IMG/VR virus record: IMGVR_UViG_3300043395_001987
Location: 1 to 64,000 of that record
Origin: an uncultured virus (IMG/VR IMGVR_UViG_3300043395_001987)
Taxonomy: Duplodnaviria > Heunggongvirae > Uroviricota > Caudoviricetes
Length of the DNA: 64,000 bases
Reading direction: 5' to 3' (one strand)
Program-made: the position numbers and the translations under genes
The notes under the pieces: model-generated
Told to the model about the DNA's origin: nothing
The model's database searches: none
The model's input: the letters and a program-made list of their open reading frames with translations, nothing else
In this document: piece after piece, positions 43,647 to 53,512 of the stretch
Layout of the letters: every line of letters begins with the position of its first letter
Position numbering within the stretch: position 1 is the stretch's first letter

Positions 43647-45068
43647 TTAACCTAATGTACTTCCATCACCATCTGAGAACCCATCAAATCCAGGTGCACC
43701 CGCCGCTTCCAATGCATCAAAAGCACTGGGCATATCACCACAAGGGTCTGGTGAGTGATCACCACCTCCACCTCCACCGCCGCCTCCTCCGCCTCCTCCA
43801 TAAGTAGGTGGTGGGGATGGTGGAGGTGGTGGATCTTGTGTAGTCCAAGTAAGAGGAGGCTGATCTTTCGTATTTGTAGAAGGTGTAAAGATAGGATCAA
43901 TAATTTTAAATTGGACGTCTTGTTGTGTAACTGAAAGACCCATTGAAGTATATACACCTTCTGCAGATGTAATAATGGCATCTTTATTATCAAGATTATT
44001 TACATTTGTGAGCATGAAAGATCTTTCACCTGCTCTAAATGTATTTTCTGGAAGATAGAAAATAAGAAGAATTTCACCATAACGATTAGCTGTTAAAGTT
44101 CCTCCTAATGCTCCTGATGGTGTAAATTTATCAGCCGGGTCACCTTTAAATCCTGCAGCAAATTTATCTTCATCAACAGTTCCATTTTCTTTAACAAAAT
44201 CTTGACTAATTTGTGCCATGCAACAGTATTGACTTACTAATTTTTTATCAAAGAAAGGATATAGTATTGATCCTGGTCTTAAGAATCTTCCTATAATACC
44301 AATCTTTCTTCCTTTCATATAAGGAAGCATTGAAACATCCCTTACCACATTACCCATATCTTGATAAGTAGTTTGTGATGTTACTTTAATATCAGTAATA
44401 GTTTGTTTAACATCCATGGCCCAGTAATTGGTTTGACCACTCTCACCTGTTTGTTTAGGTGCACTATAGGTGGTATCAATATCCTTGAAAGCACCATTAG
44501 CAGCAGCATCCTGCCAATTTTTAGCTTGGTCAATTGTAATCGTTTGAGGTGCTTGTTGAGTGGTTACATTGGTACCATCATAGTTTGGATAACAGTGTAA
44601 GGCACCCTTGTAATTGTAAAATGTTTCTGCACAATTTCTATACATAGTCGCATAGGGGTTGCCGCCAAGTTTGATGCTGTTGTAGTTCAACATCATTAGA
44701 CGACCACGCCATCCAACAGCAGTAGTATTAGTTTCATCAACTATTAAATCATTATATACTTCACCGAAATTAGGTCTAGCAATTGATTTAGAAGAACTAA
44801 TAGCCATGTTAAATTCAGGATCATTAGTTCTTCCAATTGTACCGTCATTAAATGGATCTGCAAAGATACCATTTTTAAATCTTTCCAAACCACTTCCATC
44901 AGCTCTAGGAAGAGAAAGAGTCTTTGTATCCAATGCTAAGGCATTCAAGACAGAATAGTATTCAAGGGCTTTAATTCTTTGCTCAAGAGCAAAGATTTCT
45001 TTCATTGTATAGCCCTTAGTTGTTTGGATGTTTACTCTAACAGCAAGATCTTGTCTTTTGTAACCCAT
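43647..45068 (-). CDS. Baseplate-associated DUF4815/VrlC-like protein, middle part
   Basis: YTM..I..LE.RI..LEYY..L..L, RFKNG.F.D.F, PYM..R, F..G.R.F.L; Pro/Gly-rich tail. Confidence 0.7.
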   Translation of the reverse strand: MGYKRQDLAVRVNIQTTKGYTMKEIFALEQRIKALEYYSVLNALALDTKTLSLPRADGSGLERFKNGIFADPFNDGTIGRTNDPEFNMAISSSKSIARPNFGEVYNDLIVDETNTTAVGWRGRLMMLNYNSIKLGGNPYATMYRNCAETFYNYKGALHCYPNYDGTNVTTQQAPQTITIDQAKNWQDAAANGAFKDIDTTYSAPKQTGESGQTNYWAMDVKQTITDIKVTSQTTYQDMGNVVRDVSMLPYMKGRKIGIIGRFLRPGSILYPFFDKKLVSQYCCMAQISQDFVKENGTVDEDKFAAGFKGDPADKFTPSGALGGTLTANRYGEILLIFYLPENTFRAGERSFMLTNVNNLDNKDAIITSAEGVYTSMGLSVTQQDVQFKIIDPIFTPSTNTKDQPPLTWTTQDPPPPPSPPPTYGGGGGGGGGGGGGDHSPDPCGDMPSAFDALEAAGAPGFDGFSDGDGSTLG

Positions 45069-45070
45069 AA

Positions 45071-48000
45071 TTATTCTGCTTCCGAAAATGTTAAGGATGG
45101 ATATGGTGTAACATACACATCTGCAATTTTTAATCCCGTATCATTTACAATAGGTGGTTTTGAATTATAAGAAGGTGCACTTGATTTGACACTTAATAGA
45201 CCATCTTTATTTATTATAAGGGTATCAACTCGTGGCAGATAATATTCAATGTTATAAGTCATGTTAGTATCTGGTTCAATGGCCATTTTAACACTTGGTG
45301 AAGAATAATATACTAATGATGTGTTGGCTGGATTGATTGTATAATTTGGAAAAACTGCAGATACAGAACTAACAGCTGTATTTTTCATTACAGGTCTAAA
45401 ATCAATGTGATTTCTAAGATCATAAAGATTACCAGAGATATCTTTGTAAACTGGAATCTGTGCAGTAACAACAGCTGTTGTATTTGCAGTATTAGCATCA
45501 TCAATTGAGTAGGAATCTACAGAGAAGAATGTTGCCTTTGTTGAGGTAACATTAGGTGTAAAATGATCTAGTCTTACAAATATTCTTGATGTAGAAGAGA
45601 TAGCATTTTTAAATTGCGGAAGAATGGAGATGTAACTTAAACCATAGAAATTATCTCTTTGTCCATTATCAAAACTAAACCAATCTTTTCTATCAGGATT
45701 GGTATTAGCAAAATTAGCACCAACATATATTGCTTTAATATTATATACATCAGGAATACCAAGAGACCACGGACCACTTGTTGATGCTGGATGACTTGCG
45801 CAATTAATAGCTACATAAGCATCTTTTGTAACAACTTTTTCTATAGGTGTTGCTTGATTTCTTACTAAAGGAACTTGTGCTCTTATTTGATATGTTTGAC
45901 TTGTATCTAAATCAAGAGCAACAGTGATACCCATTTGATTTACTTTAGGAGGTGAACCAGATGTTGAGAATGAAATAACATTACCACCACCATTGAAATC
46001 AACGTGTGTGCCTACCTTAAAAAATCTTTGTAGAGTAATAGAACTTGCATCAGCTACACCTGATAGAGGTGGTGTAATTGAAATACTATTAGCAGAATTG
46101 ATAGCTGTGATTGTATGATAAGAAACTGTAGGAACAGTTGCAACTTTATAGGAAGCTTTAATACCATCACCTACCTTAGGGAAAATACCGGAAGTTGTTG
46201 GCGTGGTAATAGGATATGATAATGAACCCCAGTTATTGATAAAGCTACCAGTTGCAGCAGTAACAGCAGCACAAGTAACGTTACTGTGAGTAGCGTTAGA
46301 GACACCGCCCTGTGAACCCAAACTTATAGTAGTTGTTGAATAACAGTTGGCTAATGTATCTTGTGCAAATTGTACATGTATATCAGTAGAAAGACTATCA
46401 TCAAGCCCTGCAGTAGCACCATAATTAAATTCGTCTGTTCCCGATGTAAATGATGCTGTAAAAGATCCTGATCCACGAGTTGCATTTACTGCATCTAATG
46501 TTGTTCTATAGATGTAGGAGGTATTGTTAGCACCAGTTGAACTTAATAATCTTTTAGTTCCATCTAGACCAGTATAGAACAATAATGATTTTTGTGTTGT
46601 ATCACTTTGATATAGTTGATTAAATGATCCAGTAGTTGTTCTTGTTTCTGGAACAATATCACCAAAGATTTTTGTAAATGTACCACTTACTTTACCGATA
46701 CTTTTTACGTTTGCCTGAAAACTATTTCCTGGTACTAAATTGATATTAGTAACATAAACAAGATATTGAGCTTGTGCGGTTCCTTTAATACCTGAATAAT
46801 ATTTTACAGCACGGATGGTTGCATTACCAACAATTGTTCCTGTTGGATTTACACCACCTGCAAAGTTTTTAGTAAGTGAGTATTGATTGGCGCTATAAAG
46901 ATCAACTGATTCTATTCCTCCAACATCAACTATACCGGAGAAATCCGCAACCTTCATATAGTTACCGAAATTTACTGTTACTCTTTCATTAAGTGATGAA
47001 TTAGAATCAATACCTCTTCTTACTTCAATTCTTCTTGGTGATCTAAATTCAACTCTGTAACCATCAACATAAGCAACACCTGGTGAAACAGTATAATACA
47101 TTGTTTGTGTATTAGAAGTAGGTTCAACATTTACTTGAAATGGTTTTACAACATAATCACCAGATTCTTCTTTGGTTCTTTTTGCCATAACATCCCCAAT
47201 AATTGAATAAAGAGGATCTTCTTGAATAGTTACAGCAGTACCTGTCCCACCACTGAAATCTACTACAGGTACAAAATCTTTAGGTATAATAACATCTGTA
47301 TTAGTAGTATCATAAGCAATAAGATCAGGAACTAGTTTAAGTCTGTAAGCACCAGGAGCGTTATAATTAGGACTTCCTAATGAGTTATCATACAAAGATG
47401 GATCTTCGTGAGGTGTTACAATATATTCTTTTGTATTGAACCCAACTTTAATACCTACAGCATTAGTACTGTGTTCTTTAATCATGAAATTTTTTGGATT
47501 TGATTTAAGGAAGAATCCTTTTTGATAAATTATACCTTGGCCAACGTGAAGACCAAATCCAGTACCTAAAGCATTTACTGTATTATTACTTGGAAGTGTA
47601 TAGATATCTCCAACATAATAATTAGGATTCAACGCACCTGTTTTGTCTTGCAGAGGTGAATATACATTTATCTTTTCACCTGCTGTACTAAATGTATAAA
47701 CAGGAGTACCAGTACCAGTCAATGATCCGCCACTTGAAGCGTCTGAACGACCTGTATTAATATAAATTACATAGGCTCTATTAGTATCATTACTACCACG
47801 ATTTACAGCAGCTTCTGCACCACTAAATGCCTCAAAAATTGCAGCTCTTAAAAGTGTATTATTTGAAACCAGAAGATAAGAATCTGACATATGTGACTGG
47901 ACATTGGCAACATCAGTTACTTCTCTAGTTAACAATTTAAAATCTAAAGTTGCAGTGTTACTATCTTTAAATTTAACTTGTGGCAATGCGGGATATTGAG

Positions 48001-48208
48001 TAAAATTGCAACCTTCAACCACAGAACCATCTTTGTAAATACTAGAACCAAATCTTGAGATTTGTTTCTGCATCATTGTTTGAAGCTGAGTTAATTCTCT
48101 CGCTTGCACGGCAGTTGATGGGCGGAACAAAACGCGATAATACATTTTGTCTTCATCATAATCATCATAAAAAGGTGCAACATTAAAATTCGTTTGTAAC
48201 TCAGCCAT
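45071..48208 (-). CDS. Baseplate-associated DUF4815/VrlC-like protein, N-terminal part
   Basis: TNFNV.P.YDD.....YYRVLFRP..AVQARELTQLQ, NAPGA.RLK, R..EESGDY.V.PF, L...IDFRP, YYLPR.D. Confidence 0.8.
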   Translation of the reverse strand: MAELQTNFNVAPFYDDYDEDKMYYRVLFRPSTAVQARELTQLQTMMQKQISRFGSSIYKDGSVVEGCNFTQYPALPQVKFKDSNTATLDFKLLTREVTDVANVQSHMSDSYLLVSNNTLLRAAIFEAFSGAEAAVNRGSNDTNRAYVIYINTGRSDASSGGSLTGTGTPVYTFSTAGEKINVYSPLQDKTGALNPNYYVGDIYTLPSNNTVNALGTGFGLHVGQGIIYQKGFFLKSNPKNFMIKEHSTNAVGIKVGFNTKEYIVTPHEDPSLYDNSLGSPNYNAPGAYRLKLVPDLIAYDTTNTDVIIPKDFVPVVDFSGGTGTAVTIQEDPLYSIIGDVMAKRTKEESGDYVVKPFQVNVEPTSNTQTMYYTVSPGVAYVDGYRVEFRSPRRIEVRRGIDSNSSLNERVTVNFGNYMKVADFSGIVDVGGIESVDLYSANQYSLTKNFAGGVNPTGTIVGNATIRAVKYYSGIKGTAQAQYLVYVTNINLVPGNSFQANVKSIGKVSGTFTKIFGDIVPETRTTTGSFNQLYQSDTTQKSLLFYTGLDGTKRLLSSTGANNTSYIYRTTLDAVNATRGSGSFTASFTSGTDEFNYGATAGLDDSLSTDIHVQFAQDTLANCYSTTTISLGSQGGVSNATHSNVTCAAVTAATGSFINNWGSLSYPITTPTTSGIFPKVGDGIKASYKVATVPTVSYHTITAINSANSISITPPLSGVADASSITLQRFFKVGTHVDFNGGGNVISFSTSGSPPKVNQMGITVALDLDTSQTYQIRAQVPLVRNQATPIEKVVTKDAYVAINCASHPASTSGPWSLGIPDVYNIKAIYVGANFANTNPDRKDWFSFDNGQRDNFYGLSYISILPQFKNAISSTSRIFVRLDHFTPNVTSTKATFFSVDSYSIDDANTANTTAVVTAQIPVYKDISGNLYDLRNHIDFRPVMKNTAVSSVSAVFPNYTINPANTSLVYYSSPSVKMAIEPDTNMTYNIEYYLPRVDTLIINKDGLLSVKSSAPSYNSKPPIVNDTGLKIADVYVTPYPSLTFSEAE

Positions 48209-48217
48209 TTCTATTCC

Positions 48218-49714
48218 TTAGAATTTAAAATATATTTTAACATCTTCAGATTTAATACCTGTTCTACTGATAGGTTCAATATTTTTATAATATAAAACCT
48301 CAGATGAATAAGGAACAAGATCTTTATTATTTATTGTTGAAATAACAACTGTTTTTCCTGACGATAATGAAGTAATTGTTTCATAAGGATTGAAAGTGCC
48401 CACTTCATTAAGGACATATATGCTTGAAGTATTCATGAAAGCAACAGTAGCTTTAGCTTTACTATTAAATCCCTGTATTTCTTCACCAACAGAAAGAAGA
48501 GACGGTGCAGTTAAGACACCAAAATTTAACATTTGATTAAATGTTCTTCCCTGAAAGTTAGCAAGATTAGCAGCGGCTGTTGGATTCTGAATAAGTGAAA
48601 CTTGTCTATATTTACCCCAAGGTGGTAAATTATCAAATGAAGAAGTTGAAACTGAAAGACCAACAGTATCACCACCTAGTTCAGAAGTGGGATTAGATCC
48701 GTGTCCTTCCTCGGGAGAAATTATAGCATAAGCTGTTGCATTAGATCCAAAATATGTATTACATTCAATTGAAATATTTGCGTAAGTATAATTTCTACCT
48801 CTAGCTATTACACGAATAGAAGAAATATTACCATTAGCATTTACTTCTGAAATAGCCTTAGCACCTGAACCATCACCTGTAATATAAACTTGTGGACCAA
48901 TTTTAAATTTAGAAGTGCTGCTTAATCCTGTTATGGATTTATCTGTAAACACATATTTTCCAGAACTATTAACAATATAATCCTTGATAAGTGTTAATGC
49001 ACCTGACCCTGAACCAGCTGAAATATAAAAATAAGAATTAGTATAAGCCCCACTAATTGAGATAACACCTGAATTTGATACTTTAAATTTTTTATCACTT
49101 ATTATACTATCAAATGTACCGTTTCCAGAAATATAGTTGTTACCTGAATTGCTAGGTAGAATGACATGAAGTGCACCGGGCTCTGCCGTTGCAACAACTG
49201 TTGGATTGGGAATTATAGGAAAATATACATCAGTGGAAAATTTCTTTACATTTTTATTATTAATGGCAAACATAAATTTCCATTTGTATCCATCGGAGGT
49301 ATTGAAATCCCCTTTTGACACAGTCAAATTTGGCTCTACAGTTGATGGAGCACCATAATTATTAAACAAACATTTATAAACACGATTTAAACTATTAATA
49401 ACATAAAAGTTTTTACTATAAAGATTAGGATCATTATGAGTATAATAATCATAAACGGTTCCTGAAGTCCAATTAATTTTCTTTCCAACACACACAATAT
49501 CATCTGGTGTTACTTTTTTACCAAAAATCATTTCTTTATTAACATCAATAAATGATGTCTGTACAGAAGTGTTTGGTAATGGAGGAATTGAATCATCATC
49601 CCATTCAAAATATTTGCCAAAAGCAATATAAAAATTAGAAGCAGTATTGCCGACACTTTCTTTAAATGCCTCGACAAATTTATTTTTAATGTTTTGTGTA
49701 AAGGTGCCTGCCAT
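48218..49714 (-). CDS. gp8: Baseplate wedge protein gp8-like
   Basis: W..GT.YD.Y, FYV.N...VYKCL.N..G..STVEP, DGY.WK.M, GHG.NP..ELG, I.R.....ED.K..F.F. Position after gp6/gp7. Confidence 0.85.
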   Translation of the reverse strand: MAGTFTQNIKNKFVEAFKESVGNTASNFYIAFGKYFEWDDDSIPPLPNTSVQTSFIDVNKEMIFGKKVTPDDIVCVGKKINWTSGTVYDYYTHNDPNLYSKNFYVINSLNRVYKCLFNNYGAPSTVEPNLTVSKGDFNTSDGYKWKFMFAINNKNVKKFSTDVYFPIIPNPTVVATAEPGALHVILPSNSGNNYISGNGTFDSIISDKKFKVSNSGVISISGAYTNSYFYISAGSGSGALTLIKDYIVNSSGKYVFTDKSITGLSSTSKFKIGPQVYITGDGSGAKAISEVNANGNISSIRVIARGRNYTYANISIECNTYFGSNATAYAIISPEEGHGSNPTSELGGDTVGLSVSTSSFDNLPPWGKYRQVSLIQNPTAAANLANFQGRTFNQMLNFGVLTAPSLLSVGEEIQGFNSKAKATVAFMNTSSIYVLNEVGTFNPYETITSLSSGKTVVISTINNKDLVPYSSEVLYYKNIEPISRTGIKSEDVKIYFKF

Positions 49715-49727
49715 AATATCAGCCGTA

Positions 49728-51317
49728 TTAAGTGGTTGTTACTGAATCATAAACTAATTCTGTATTTAAATTTTTACTATCTAAAATTGTCGGATGACCA
49801 AATACTTTATTACCTACTGGGTGGTAAACTTGTTTAAGAACATCAATATATTTATCCAAGGATTTTTCAACCTGAATTTCATATGAAAATTCTTGGTAAT
49901 AATCACTATCTTGAATATATTTGTCGGCGTTTAAGAAACCACTAGTATCAGTCCATTCACCTTCCGATTTACCTATAGCACCAGATATAATAGTCAACTC
50001 TGCAGAACATTCAGAATTAGCAGTATTATAAAATTCTAATGTCTCATCATCATTAAATCCAAAGCCTGATGATATTAATTCTACAGTTTCTATTACACCG
50101 TTACCAGTTGTAGGTACACCGTGTATAATACTATCATTGCCCCAGAATTTGCCCTTAGGATCTTTTATTCCATATCCCTTAACTTTGTAATCTATAACTT
50201 CAACTGTAACATCACCATCATAACGATGATCACCTGAGCTTATAGACCCTAGAGAAGCAATAGTACCTACTTGAACAATACTATCAGTTAATGCGTTACC
50301 GATTACGGATCCAACTGAAGCCATTTTTAAATTTGATCCATACGAGGCAGCACTAATTAATGTATTCATTTCTGGATCAAGTAAATTTGTATTATATGTA
50401 AAATTGACCGTATTAGAAATAGATTTAACTTTGAATACTGCTCCGGAACCCTTTGTATTAGCACCTTGTGTAATCAATATAGTAGAATTGGTTGAATAAC
50501 CATACCCACCGTCTCTCAATATAAATCTTAAATAACCTCTTAACTTATCACTATCAGTTAAAGTGCTTACATCATATATTAGACCTTCACCAGATGTACT
50601 AGTGGTTTGCAAAGGATCACCTGGTGTATTATTTTCAGATGATGTAAATACAGTTGCACCTATTGCAGATCCTTTTACTTTAGAAGCTTCTAAAATATTA
50701 ATTCCATCAGTAAGAAGATATTCACCTTTAACAAATAATGAACCAGAAGGACCTGGAACTAAATCTTTTACATAAAGAACATGGGCTACTTGAAGACCTG
50801 TATAAATTTGTACTGAGGAAGAGACAAAGGCAACTGCACCTGACGTAGTACCCTTTATATATTTTTTATGATAAAGGTGATTGATATCTGTTTCTTCAAT
50901 TTCAATATATTGATTAGATTGCCATGTACCATCAGAGGTTCTTAACATATCCTCTTGAGGAACAAATAAAAGTATTTCTAGATCGTATAATAATCTAAAA
51001 AGTAATTTGAGACCTTCGACAGATCCTTTTGATCTATAAACATCTAATATATGTTTTTCTAAAAGGGCTTTATCTGATAATACTTTTCTTGGTATACCAA
51101 ACATAAACTTTGAAAGGTAGTTATCAATATATTCCGTTGATACTTCATCAACATCCGAATATTCAAGTAATCTTCTTGATTTGAATATAGGACCACCTTC
51201 ATCCATCCATTCATAATAAGCTTTGACAAAAGTGACAAAATCATCACCCTCTTCCCTATAAAATTCAGGAAATTGTCTGCTAACCAATGATGATATTTTT
51301 TTAAGTTCAGCTTCCAT
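49728..51317 (-). CDS. Baseplate wedge initiator gp7-like
   Basis: QFPEF.RE....FV.F.KAYYEW, Y.SKG......LFR.LY, IQDS.YYQ.FSY.I, HP.G...FG. Confidence 0.75.
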   Translation of the reverse strand: MEAELKKISSLVSRQFPEFYREEGDDFVTFVKAYYEWMDEGGPIFKSRRLLEYSDVDEVSTEYIDNYLSKFMFGIPRKVLSDKALLEKHILDVYRSKGSVEGLKLLFRLLYDLEILLFVPQEDMLRTSDGTWQSNQYIEIEETDINHLYHKKYIKGTTSGAVAFVSSSVQIYTGLQVAHVLYVKDLVPGPSGSLFVKGEYLLTDGINILEASKVKGSAIGATVFTSSENNTPGDPLQTTSTSGEGLIYDVSTLTDSDKLRGYLRFILRDGGYGYSTNSTILITQGANTKGSGAVFKVKSISNTVNFTYNTNLLDPEMNTLISAASYGSNLKMASVGSVIGNALTDSIVQVGTIASLGSISSGDHRYDGDVTVEVIDYKVKGYGIKDPKGKFWGNDSIIHGVPTTGNGVIETVELISSGFGFNDDETLEFYNTANSECSAELTIISGAIGKSEGEWTDTSGFLNADKYIQDSDYYQEFSYEIQVEKSLDKYIDVLKQVYHPVGNKVFGHPTILDSKNLNTELVYDSVTTT

Positions 51318-53110
51318 TATTGTCTTACAACGTTAATTGAAATGAGTAGTTTGGAAAAATCAATTTTAAGATATTTACTTTCTTGAACAACAATATCATC
51401 ATTTAAAGTAATAGCATAAAAATCAATATAGTTAATATAATCTTGTACGGTAATATCTAAAACTACAGCACCTGTATCATAATTAACAGTTCCTATATTT
51501 TCATTTAAAATGATTTGTTTAGAATCAGGTGTGAGGTAATATAGTCTTAAAAGACCTTCACCATTATCTGAAATGCGGGCATTGTAAGATACATTATCTT
51601 TAAGGTAAGTAAAGAAATCAGATCTTACTGTTTCTTCTTCACCTTCTATATAAGGTTTTTTAAATGGTCTATATAGAGGATTTGAGAAGGAAAAAGATAA
51701 TCTTTGTGAAATTCCTTTTGGAGGTGCGGTTCTGTATATTGCTCTTAAGTATGTTTGATTACTAATGATTGCTGGATCTGCTTCATCAATCATTGATGAT
51801 AATCTTGATTTTCTTAAATCGTTACCAAAATCTGTAAGATAAAGATCGCTATATTCTTGAATTTTTGAAATAACTTCTGTTTTTAATTGTTGTAAACTTT
51901 TTGAAGTGAGAGTAGGATCATATCTAACATCTGATACTACTTCAACATAGAGATATTCAGGATCTATAATAACAGGTTCTGTGGTAATACTTTTTGTTTT
52001 TAAATAAGTAATAATATTTGTTTTTAACTCTGAAGCTACAATTGGATTGCTTCCGTAAGGAATCATACTAATAATAACCTTACCATATTGTGGAGGATCT
52101 GCAAGTTCACCCCCATAAACATTTACTGTTTTGATTTGTGGATAACTTTCAATAATTATATTTTTATAATCATCTTTGGTCACAGCACGATTTTGAGATG
52201 CAAAGTGTCGAGGAGCGTTATACTTAATTGATTCAATAGTTTCTCTTTCAGATCCATCAGCAGCAGGTGTATTTGTTGAAACTGCTACCGAATATAATCC
52301 ATTTTCTACTTTTGTAGTAGGTGTAAAAGTATAAGCCTTGTTACCTAATTCACCGTTGGTTGATCTATATTTGATATTTACAATGTTTCCATTTGTTAAT
52401 TTTTTGCCCAATATTCCATCACCGAATATGATTTCATATTGATTTGCACCATATCCTTGAATAAAATAAATTTCAGAATTAGAATCTAAACCGTACAGAT
52501 TTTCAGCGTAAGTGTAAACAGAATTTGAGGAATCTGTGGTCGATTTAACAACAGTTACCTTTATACTATTGGTGTCAACATTCTCTGAATTAATAATGTA
52601 TCTTACACCATCAGCCACATTAAAAAACTCATTTACGATTTTGCCTTCATAAATGTAAACAGGATCACTTGTATATGAAACACCATTATATGTTAAAACA
52701 AGTGTTTCATCAGTAGTAAAATCTAAATTGGTATTATCAACAACTGCCCTTGTTGTATAATTTTCAGGTATGGTAACTGTTGGAGGAGTATCTTGTCCTG
52801 TATTAACAGTAAAAGAAACAAGAGCTCTGGCAGATGTTCTAGATCTCGGTAAGTAATTTAATTCTTTAGCATGTGAAACAACTGAATTTTTAATTTGAGC
52901 TGAATCTAAAAACATTTCACTTCCTATCATATTAAGATAGTAAGCATTCATATAGGAATTATATGAAAGAAGATCAATCAAAGCATTAAGATTTGATCCT
53001 TCAAAATCATAGTCTTTAAATTCAGTTTTACTCTTCAAAAAAGTTTTTAGGTTTTGTTTAATACCATCAAAACTTAATTCGGATACACTTAAGAATCCTG
53101 TGTTTGCCAT
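51317..53110 (-). CDS. gp6: Baseplate wedge protein gp6
   Basis: L.FD.IK.NL..FL......DY.FEGS, E.FLDSA....SVVSHAK.L.Y.PRS, FGDG..G, QNRAVT..DY, GGE..DPP.YGKV. Confidence 0.93.
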   Translation of the reverse strand: MANTGFLSVSELSFDGIKQNLKTFLKSKTEFKDYDFEGSNLNALIDLLSYNSYMNAYYLNMIGSEMFLDSAQIKNSVVSHAKELNYLPRSRTSARALVSFTVNTGQDTPPTVTIPENYTTRAVVDNTNLDFTTDETLVLTYNGVSYTSDPVYIYEGKIVNEFFNVADGVRYIINSENVDTNSIKVTVVKSTTDSSNSVYTYAENLYGLDSNSEIYFIQGYGANQYEIIFGDGILGKKLTNGNIVNIKYRSTNGELGNKAYTFTPTTKVENGLYSVAVSTNTPAADGSERETIESIKYNAPRHFASQNRAVTKDDYKNIIIESYPQIKTVNVYGGELADPPQYGKVIISMIPYGSNPIVASELKTNIITYLKTKSITTEPVIIDPEYLYVEVVSDVRYDPTLTSKSLQQLKTEVISKIQEYSDLYLTDFGNDLRKSRLSSMIDEADPAIISNQTYLRAIYRTAPPKGISQRLSFSFSNPLYRPFKKPYIEGEEETVRSDFFTYLKDNVSYNARISDNGEGLLRLYYLTPDSKQIILNENIGTVNYDTGAVVLDITVQDYINYIDFYAITLNDDIVVQESKYLKIDFSKLLISINVVRQ

Positions 53111-53499
53111 TATCTTACTCTTCTAAGAATTAAATCTAAAGTTATCGGAACAGTATTATTTGTTAAATAAAATACTATTGTGGCATAATAAGCATTTTCA
53201 TCGGGAAGAGCTTTAACATTTACAGAATAAAGACTAGCTCTTGGTTCATAATTTCTAATAGTTTCTGATATTTTTTCTTTTATGATATATTCAGTATCTC
53301 TACTAATATTTTCAAATAATGTGTTTCTAATACCCGCACCCAAATTAGGATTAAAAAATCTTTCGCCTGGGTTTGTTAAAAGAAGATTGCGAATGGATCT
53401 TTTTACTGACTGCTCATTAGTAAGCAGCACCAGATCTCCCTTGATCGGATGTACATCAAAATTAGTAGGTATATCTGAATAAAATACAGTTGTTGTCAT
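53110..53499 (-). CDS. gp25: Baseplate wedge subunit gp25
   Basis: YSD....F..HP...D......E.SVK.SI.NL.LT..GER.FNP..G, YEPR, L.R.R. Confidence 0.93.
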   Translation of the reverse strand: MTTTVFYSDIPTNFDVHPIKGDLVLLTNEQSVKRSIRNLLLTNPGERFFNPNLGAGIRNTLFENISRDTEYIIKEKISETIRNYEPRASLYSVNVKALPDENAYYATIVFYLTNNTVPITLDLILRRVR

Positions 53500-53504
53500 T
53501 TAAA

Positions 53505-53512
53505 TATTTATA
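53505..53512 (-). promoter_or_regulatory. T4-type late promoter TATAAATA
   Basis: Exact consensus 6 bp upstream of the gp25 start, overlapping the upstream stop. The mRNA would be nearly leaderless. Confidence 0.55.
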
